Assembly: GCA_027021705.1 (NCBI GenBank)
Contig: JALUTT010000176.1
Span: forward strand, 13,247-77,246
Direction: 5' to 3'
Length of the DNA: 64,000 nucleotides
From: Anaerolineae bacterium
GTDB lineage: Bacteria > Chloroflexota > Anaerolineae > S140-20
Positions 57,404-64,000 of this stretch are shown piece after piece (the first letter of the stretch is position 1; every line of letters starts with the position of its first letter). Under the pieces are notes generated by a model. The model made no database searches and was not told the origin of the DNA. It was given only the letters and a program-made list of their open reading frames with translations. The translations under genes were made by a program, and so were the position numbers.

Positions 57404-59731
57404 ATGACGACGATGGAACGTTCCTGGCCGACGGAACCCTCCCCACCCCTTTCGGGAACCCGTTGTACCGACGTTCTCAGCGATCTCCTGCGCGGATACC
57501 GGGGGATCCGCGAGGCGGAGTTTGACCTGGAGACCGGCCACCTGCAGGTGGTCTACGACCCCCGACTGTTGAGCGATGAGCAAGCGATGCACCTGGTCCG
57601 CAAGGCGGGCCGCGACGCCTGGGAGCGGGTGAGCCACTGTGCGGTGAAGAACGCGCCCGTCTGCGCGGCCTGCGCGGCCGGCCTGGGCACCGAGTTGATC
57701 CAGCACTACCGCCGCCTGGCCGAGTTCCAACCGGCCCCCGAGGTCCGGTTCCGCGAGGGGCTGATCGAGGTCCATCTGGACGGATCGGGCCTCCCGGCCT
57801 CGGAGACCGCCCGGGTCGAGGCGGTCCCTGCCCCCGCCGAGGTTCCGGCCCGGCGCGGGATTCCGCGCGAGCGGATGGAGATCATCTTCACCATCGTCAA
57901 CGGGCTGACCGGCTTGGCGGCCTTCCTGGGCGCTCGCCTGGGGCTGGGGCCGCTCCCCGTCGCCCTGCTCTACACCATCGCCTACGGAACGGGCGGCTAC
58001 TACGGGCTGATGGACGGCCTGGAGTTGCTGCGGGAGCGCCGCCTGGACGTCAACCTGCTGATGATCCTGGCGGCCCTAGGCGCAGCCCTCATCGGTCAGC
58101 CGGCCGAAGGTGCGGCCCTGCTCTTCCTCTTCTCCCTCTCCAACACGTTGCAGACCTACGCAATGGGCCGCAGCCGCCAGGCCATCGAGAAGCTCCTGGA
58201 CCTGCGGCCGGCGGTGGCGACGGTGCGCCGAGGCTCCCGCCTGGTCACGCTGCCGGTGGAGCAGTTGGTCCTGGGCGACGTGGTCATCGTCCGCCCCGGC
58301 GAGCGCTTCCCCATTGACGGCGAGGTGATCAGCGGCACCTCGGAGGTGGACCAGTCCACCATCACCGGCGAGTCCATGCCGGTGCACAAGGCGGTGGGCG
58401 ATCCCGTCTTCGCGGGCACGGTCAACGGCCACGGGGCGCTGGAGATCCGGGTCACCCGGCTGGCCCAGGACACCACCCTGGCCAAGATCGTCCAACTGGT
58501 GGAGGAGGCCCAGGCCAACAAGGCCCGGACCCAGCGGATGCTGGACGATTTCGAGCAGGTCTACGCCCTCCTGGTGCTGCTGGGGGCAGGGCTGCTCATC
58601 GTCGTGCCCGCCCTCCTGCTGGGCCACGACTTCTACCCCACCTTCTACCGGGCGATGACCTGGCTGGTGGTGGCCTCCCCCTGTGCCCTGGTCATCTCGA
58701 CGCCGGCCAGCATCCTCTCGGCCATCGCCAACGGGGCCCGCCGGGGGGTGCTCTTCAAGGGCGGTGCCTACCTGGAGCAGACGGCGGCGCTGAAGGTGAT
58801 CGCCTTCGACAAGACGGGCACGCTGACCAACGGCACGCCCCTCCTGACCCGGATCCTGCCCCAGGAGGGCGTGGAGGAAGAGGAGCTCCTGCGCCTGGCG
58901 GCGGCGGCCGAGGCCCGTTCCGAGCACCCCCTGGCCAGGGCCATCGTCCAGGCCGCCCAGGAGCGGGGCCTGGACCTCCCCACGGCGACCGACTTCCGGG
59001 CCATCCCCGGCCAGGGAATCGAGGCGCGGGTGGAGGACCGGGTGGTGTGGATCGGTGGGGAGCGGCTCTTCGCCGAGCGGGGCGTGACCCTCCCGGCGGA
59101 GCTACGGGCCCGGGTCCGTCGCCTGGAGGAAGAGGGGCAGACGGTGATCCTGGTCTACGCCGATGGGCGCTGGATGGGGCTGCTGACGGTGGCCGACGGC
59201 CTGCGCCCCGACGCCGCCGAGATCGTGGCGGCTCTGAAGCGGGTGGGGATCGCCCACGTGGTGATGCTGACCGGAGACAACGAGCGGGTGGCGGCCGACA
59301 TCGCCGCCCGGGTGGGGGTGGACGAGTACCACGCCGGCCTGCTCCCCCAGGACAAGGTGCGCGTGCTGAAGAAGCTGCGCCAGAGGTACGGCCCGGTGGC
59401 GATGGTGGGCGACGGCGTCAACGACGCGCCGGCCCTGGCCGTCGCCGATGTGGGGATCGCGATGGGCGGTGCAGGCACCGACGTGGCCCTGGAGACGGCC
59501 GACGTGGTGCTGATGGCCGACGACCTGGCCCAGCTTCCCTACGCCATCGGCCTGGCCCGCAAGGCTCGCCGGGTCGTCTGGCAGAACCTGGCCTTCTCGA
59601 TGGCCGTCATCGTCCTTCTGGTGGCGATGGCCTTCGGGGCGAACCTGCCCCTCCCCCTGGGCGTGGTGGGCCACGAGGGGAGCACCGTCATCGTGGTCCT
59701 CAACGGGCTGCGGCTCTTGGTCCACCGGTAG
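57404..59731 (+). CDS. P1B-4 heavy-metal ATPase (PfeT/ZosA-like Fe2+/Co2+ exporter)
   Basis: TGES, SPC in TM, DKTGT, SEHP, GDGVND, HEGST. Confidence 0.93.
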   Translation: MTTMERSWPTEPSPPLSGTRCTDVLSDLLRGYRGIREAEFDLETGHLQVVYDPRLLSDEQAMHLVRKAGRDAWERVSHCAVKNAPVCAACAAGLGTELIQHYRRLAEFQPAPEVRFREGLIEVHLDGSGLPASETARVEAVPAPAEVPARRGIPRERMEIIFTIVNGLTGLAAFLGARLGLGPLPVALLYTIAYGTGGYYGLMDGLELLRERRLDVNLLMILAALGAALIGQPAEGAALLFLFSLSNTLQTYAMGRSRQAIEKLLDLRPAVATVRRGSRLVTLPVEQLVLGDVVIVRPGERFPIDGEVISGTSEVDQSTITGESMPVHKAVGDPVFAGTVNGHGALEIRVTRLAQDTTLAKIVQLVEEAQANKARTQRMLDDFEQVYALLVLLGAGLLIVVPALLLGHDFYPTFYRAMTWLVVASPCALVISTPASILSAIANGARRGVLFKGGAYLEQTAALKVIAFDKTGTLTNGTPLLTRILPQEGVEEEELLRLAAAAEARSEHPLARAIVQAAQERGLDLPTATDFRAIPGQGIEARVEDRVVWIGGERLFAERGVTLPAELRARVRRLEEEGQTVILVYADGRWMGLLTVADGLRPDAAEIVAALKRVGIAHVVMLTGDNERVAADIAARVGVDEYHAGLLPQDKVRVLKKLRQRYGPVAMVGDGVNDAPALAVADVGIAMGGAGTDVALETADVVLMADDLAQLPYAIGLARKARRVVWQNLAFSMAVIVLLVAMAFGANLPLPLGVVGHEGSTVIVVLNGLRLLVHR

Positions 59732-59754
59732 GGAGCAAGGACGGCGGGCGTGGG

Positions 59755-60540
59755 CTACGGGGTGCGTGTCGAGAGCGCATCCCGTAGCCGCGCTGCGGCC
59801 CAGGCGGCGTCCTCCCCCTCCAACGGGGGAACGGGATCGCGGGTGTAGTCAATGCTCAGGTCGTAGCCGGCGCGGTCGTAGAGGGCGTGCAGGAGGGCGT
59901 TGAGGTCCACCAACGGCTCCTCGTCGCCCGGGCGCAGCGGAAGGGGGAAGGTGGGGATCGGATCGCGCACGCTGAAGAGGTAGAGGTCGGCCTGGGGGCG
60001 GCGCTCGCTGCGGCTCACCAGGATGCGATAGTGGCCGATCTCCCCGGTACCTTCCATAGGCATCGGTGGGTACTGGCGCAGCAGGTCAATCTCGACCAGG
60101 TGACTGGAGGAGTCGAGGATGGCCTGCCGCTTCCGTTCGTAGTCCCGCCGGTTTGGACCGGGCCGTTTGTTGGTGGGCGAGAGCAACTCGACCACGGTGA
60201 CGATGTCGCCTGTGGCCGGGTCCCTGACCTGCAGGTAGCCCTGTCGGACCCAACCGGTGACCGGCACCCGGACGGGCCGAGGTTGCGAGGGCGAAGGGGC
60301 TCGATAGGCAGCGGCCGCCTGCTCCCGCATCACGTGGCCCACGTCCACGTCGGGGCGTCCGAGAAGCTCTAGACCGGCGGCGGTCTCCCGATAGGTGCGG
60401 ACCTCGACCCGGACCACGTAGCAGGGGCGCACCTGGGGGCCTAGCGCGTCCGCCAGGGCGGTGATGAGCCGGTGGTGCAGGTCGGGCCAGAGGTCAGGGT
60501 GCTCCAGGTAGGGGTCCATACCGGGAAAGGGCGAGGGCAT
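59755..60540 (-). CDS. DUF4058 family protein (PD-(D/E)XK-like)
   Basis: MPSPFPGMDPYLE start, RPDV, VELLSPTNK, HLVEIDLLR. Confidence 0.88.
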   Translation of the reverse strand: MPSPFPGMDPYLEHPDLWPDLHHRLITALADALGPQVRPCYVVRVEVRTYRETAAGLELLGRPDVDVGHVMREQAAAAYRAPSPSQPRPVRVPVTGWVRQGYLQVRDPATGDIVTVVELLSPTNKRPGPNRRDYERKRQAILDSSSHLVEIDLLRQYPPMPMEGTGEIGHYRILVSRSERRPQADLYLFSVRDPIPTFPLPLRPGDEEPLVDLNALLHALYDRAGYDLSIDYTRDPVPPLEGEDAAWAAARLRDALSTRTP

Positions 60541-60561
60541 CGGCGCACCTCCACATAACGC

Positions 60562-61761
60562 TCACCACACACGACAGATGAAACCCTTCAGGTAGGCCGA
60601 CTCGGGGAAGGTGAGCAGGATGGGGTGGTCGCTCCCCTGGCTCAGCCGGCCCACGATCTGCACCTCCCGTCCCGCGTCCAGGGCCGCCGCGAAGAGGATC
60701 TTCTGGAAGAGGTCTTCGGAGACCAGGCCGGAGCAGGAGAAGGTGAAGAGGATGCCTCCAGGCCGCAGGAGCCGCATCCCCAGCCAGTTGATGTCCTTGT
60801 ACCCCCGGCTGGCCCGCTCCAGGTGTCGGCGGGAGAAGGCGAACTTAGGGGGGTCCAGGATGACGACGTCGAAGGTGCGGCCGGCATCCCGGTAGCGCCG
60901 CAGCACCTGGAAGGCGTCCCCCTCCACGTACTCGTCCTGGGGGCGATGGAAGCCGTTCAGGGCCATCTGCTCTCGGGCCAAGGCCAGGGCCTCGCCGGAG
61001 GTGTCCAGGTTGACGATCTGGGCAGCCCCCCCGGCCGCGGCGTAGACGGCAAAGGCTCCGGTGTAGGCGAAGGCGTTGAGCACTTCGGCGTCGGCGCAGA
61101 AAGGGGGCAGCCGGGCCCGGTTCTCCCGCTGGTCCAGGTAGAAGCCCGTCTTGTGGCCCCGCCGCAGGTCCACCCAGAAGCGGAAGCCCTTCTCCCGGAT
61201 CACCAGCCGGTCGGGAGGGGGCTCCCCCCACAGCGTACCGGTGGCCGGCTCCAGCCCCTCCTTGGCCCGCACATCCACGTCGGAGCGCTCGTAGATGCCG
61301 ACCACGCCATCCACCAGCCCGGCCAGCCAGCGGGCCAGTTCCCGCTTCCGCCGCTCGATCCCCAGGGTGAGGGCCTGGAGCACCAGCCAATCCCCGTACC
61401 GGTCCACGATGAGGCCCGGCAGCCCGTCCGCCTCGGCGTGGACGAGCCGGTAGGCGGTCGTCGTCGGATCGGCGGCGAGGGCGGCCCGGCCCCGGATGGC
61501 TCGCTCCAGCCGCCGTTGCCAGAAGGCCGCGTCCACGGGCTCTTCGGGGTCCCAGGTGAGCAGCCGGACGACGATCTGGGAGGCGCGGTTGAAGTAGCCT
61601 CGGGCCAGGAAGGAGCCATCGGCAGCCCGCACCTCCACCAGGTCGCCGTCGGCCGGCGACCCCTCGATGCGGGCCACCGCGCCGGAGAAGAGCCAGGGGT
61701 GGCGCTGGCGGACGGGCTTCTCCCGACCGGGTTTCAACACGACGGCGCTCAGTGCCTTCAC
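60562..61761 (-). CDS. rlmI: 23S rRNA m5C1962 methyltransferase RlmI-like
   Basis: PUA HPWLFSG, GHKTGFYLDQRENR, FAYTGAF, LDPPKF, TFSCS. Confidence 0.88.
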   Translation of the reverse strand: MKALSAVVLKPGREKPVRQRHPWLFSGAVARIEGSPADGDLVEVRAADGSFLARGYFNRASQIVVRLLTWDPEEPVDAAFWQRRLERAIRGRAALAADPTTTAYRLVHAEADGLPGLIVDRYGDWLVLQALTLGIERRKRELARWLAGLVDGVVGIYERSDVDVRAKEGLEPATGTLWGEPPPDRLVIREKGFRFWVDLRRGHKTGFYLDQRENRARLPPFCADAEVLNAFAYTGAFAVYAAAGGAAQIVNLDTSGEALALAREQMALNGFHRPQDEYVEGDAFQVLRRYRDAGRTFDVVILDPPKFAFSRRHLERASRGYKDINWLGMRLLRPGGILFTFSCSGLVSEDLFQKILFAAALDAGREVQIVGRLSQGSDHPILLTFPESAYLKGFICRVW

Positions 61762-61795
61762 CCCCTTCAGGGCTTCAAGGATTCCGGTCCCCCGC

Positions 61796-63775
61796 TCAGA
61801 GGGCCTCGACCAGGTCGAAGTACTCCTGGCGCTCCAGCTTGCGGGCCTCCACGCCCAGGATGGCGAGGAGTTCGCCGATGAAGCGGGCCTTCAGCTCGGC
61901 GTCGGCCTTGGACCAGGTGCGGCTCTTGATCTCCAGGTAGTAGCCCTCCGTCGGCGGGTGGAGGATGCGGTCCAGGTTGACGGCGAAGCCGGTGTCCCGG
62001 TAGATGATGCGCCACCGTTTGCGCTCTTTGTGGACTTCCCGCTCGCCGGCCGGCTGGAAGTACTCCCGGTAGAAGCGCAGGCTGCGGGTGGCCGGCGCGT
62101 TGTAGCGGGAGCGGGAGAGGAGGACGGCGTTGGCGTACTCCCGCTCCTTGGCCGGTCCCGTCAGCGTCAGCCGGTAGAAGACCTCCTTGATGTTCCCCTC
62201 CTCGTCCAGCACCTCATCCTCCCGGTAGCGCAGGCGTCCCTGCTCGGGGTCGTCGAAGAAGAAGTAGGTGTCGTACTGACGGCGGATGGTCGGCTTGACG
62301 ACGTCTATGTCCTCCCGCCGGAGGGCGGCCTCGATGATGGCGGGGTCGTCCAGCCGGACCTTGACCTGTACCTCGAAGGTCTCGTCAATCTCCACGTCGG
62401 AGATGGCGACCAGCTTGTCCAGGACGTTCCCCTCGCGGGCGACGAGGAAGGCGTCAATGCGGCGGGCAATGGCCTGGGCCTCGGCCTGTAGGACCGGCTC
62501 GTCGAGGGTGAGCACCTGCCAGTCGCGCATCAGCGGCCGTCCGTTGACCCAGACGTGGCGGACGTCGGCGGCCTTGGCGGCGTAGACGAGTTGGGAGTAG
62601 ATGGCGTCGGGATCGCGGGCGAATTTGGGCGTGAGGTGGACGCCGCTGAGGTCCACGACGGCGATGTCCGCCCGCTTCCCCACCTCCAGCGAGCCGATGA
62701 GGTGGGAGAGGTGGAGGGCGCGAGCGCCCTCGATGGTGGCCATCGCCAGGGCCTGGCGGGCGGGGAGGGCCTGGGGATCGCCGCTGATGCCCTTGGCCAG
62801 GAGGGCGGCCAGGCGCACCTCCTCGAACATGTCCAGGTCGTTGTTGCTGGCCGGCCCGTCGGTGCCGATGCCCACGTGGAGGCCCAACTCCAGCATCCGG
62901 GGCACCGGGGCCACGCCGCTGGCCAGCTTCAAGTTGCTGGTCGGGTTGTGGGCCACGCCCACGTTGTGGTGGAGCAGCGTGTGCAGCTCTCCATCGTCCA
63001 CGTGGACGCAGTGGGCGGCGAGGGTCTTGGCCTGGAAGACGTTCTGCTTCTTCACCCAGGGGATGGGGGGCATGCCGTGCTCGTCGCGGCTCTCCTGGGC
63101 CTCCAGGGCCGTCTCGTTGAGGTGGATCTGGAGGGGCACATCGTACTCCAGGGCCAGTTCGGCCGCCGCCCGCAGCATCTCCGGCGTGGCCGTGTAGGGC
63201 GCGTGGGGGCCCACCGAGGGAACGATGAGGGGGTGGCCCAGCCAGCGTTCGATGAACTCCCGGCTGTAGGCCAGGCTCTCCTCGTAGCTGAGGGCGTCGG
63301 GGGAGGGGAAGCGCAGGATGGTCTCGGCGCAGACGGCCCGCAGCCCGGCCTCGGCGACGGCGGCGGCCACGTCGTCCTCGTAGTAGTACATATCGGCGAA
63401 ACAGGTCGTCCCGGAGCGGATCATCTCGGCGCAGCCCAGCAGCGTCCCCAGCCGGACGAAGTCGGGGTTGACGAACTCCCGCTCAACGGGCATCATATAG
63501 CCGTGCAGCCAGACGTCCAGCCGCAGGTCGTCGGCCAGGGCCCGCAGCAGGGTCATCGGCACGTGGGTGTGCGCGTTGATCAGTCCGGGGATCACCGCCA
63601 TCCCTGTGCAGTCCACCACGTCCTTCGCCTCACCCTGAGCCAATACCTCCTCGGTCGTGCCTACAGCGGCGATCTGATCTCCTTGAACGGCGACGGCACC
63701 GTCGGGGATCACCGTGAAGTTCTCGTCCATCGTGACGACAATGCCGTGGATGAAGAGGGTGTCGAATTGGGTCAT
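61796..63775 (-). CDS. MtaD-like amidohydrolase fused to a C-terminal CYTH domain
   Basis: NAHTH, PHAPY, HLNET, GTDGPASNN; C-terminal EVQVK, QYDTYF, RLRYR, KERKRW, YLEIK. Confidence 0.88.
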   Translation of the reverse strand: MTQFDTLFIHGIVVTMDENFTVIPDGAVAVQGDQIAAVGTTEEVLAQGEAKDVVDCTGMAVIPGLINAHTHVPMTLLRALADDLRLDVWLHGYMMPVEREFVNPDFVRLGTLLGCAEMIRSGTTCFADMYYYEDDVAAAVAEAGLRAVCAETILRFPSPDALSYEESLAYSREFIERWLGHPLIVPSVGPHAPYTATPEMLRAAAELALEYDVPLQIHLNETALEAQESRDEHGMPPIPWVKKQNVFQAKTLAAHCVHVDDGELHTLLHHNVGVAHNPTSNLKLASGVAPVPRMLELGLHVGIGTDGPASNNDLDMFEEVRLAALLAKGISGDPQALPARQALAMATIEGARALHLSHLIGSLEVGKRADIAVVDLSGVHLTPKFARDPDAIYSQLVYAAKAADVRHVWVNGRPLMRDWQVLTLDEPVLQAEAQAIARRIDAFLVAREGNVLDKLVAISDVEIDETFEVQVKVRLDDPAIIEAALRREDIDVVKPTIRRQYDTYFFFDDPEQGRLRYREDEVLDEEGNIKEVFYRLTLTGPAKEREYANAVLLSRSRYNAPATRSLRFYREYFQPAGEREVHKERKRWRIIYRDTGFAVNLDRILHPPTEGYYLEIKSRTWSKADAELKARFIGELLAILGVEARKLERQEYFDLVEAL

Positions 63776-64000
63776 CGTCAGCTTCCTCCGATCGTTGGAA
63801 TGCAAGGATTGGGTCGGTTGTGAGTGTGTAGGGGAGATTATACCAGAAATAAGGGGGGGATGGAAGAGGGGCTTGGCGACCGTCACGAGTTTGGGACATC
63901 ATTCTGAGTTGCCTCCAAAGGCCAGACAACGCTCAGGCCGGCGCAAAGGGAAGCCATCGGCACCTGGCTGATGTCGTAGCCGGCCAACTCCAGCGGGCAC

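Noticed and set aside
63884..64000. 3' end of a minus-strand CDS at the window edge
   Set aside because: Too short to fix frame or identity

Overview
High-GC bacterial chromosomal window. Gene content, a C-terminal YLPxxR motif and repeat style suggest Chloroflexota (Anaerolineae-like); this is an inference. In order: (1) an envelope cluster with two tandem LysM-M23 peptidases, a thioredoxin with a WSGPS site, an M20 peptidase, an L,D-transpeptidase and a CapA-family lipoprotein; (2) a minus-strand heme operon, hemA-C-D-B-[radical SAM]-hemL-E-H-Y, with no hemQ/chdC; (3) a very large PilJ/NarX-type hybrid sensor kinase and a secreted beta-helix protein; (4) cydABDC; (5) an unusual composite ABC uptake locus; (6) ornithine cyclodeaminase and proline dehydrogenase; (7) a TPP-riboswitch thiamine salvage operon; (8) a PerR-like regulator with a P1B-4 ATPase, then DUF4058, rlmI and an amidohydrolase-CYTH fusion. 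The ABC locus is the best candidate for an undescribed system. One lipoprotein fuses a family-3 (polar amino acid) and a family-5 (peptide) binding domain. The DppC permease carries an inserted single lobe of a family-3 binding protein. A polar amino acid permease/ATPase pair downstream has no binding protein of its own. A structured leader with partial resemblance to a glycine riboswitch precedes the locus. A family of hairpin repeats bounded by CCCTCCCGCAGG/CCTGCGGGAGGG occurs both dispersed and as a tandem array. No rRNA, tRNA or CRISPR array was recognised. All calls come from reading motifs by eye; no searches were run.
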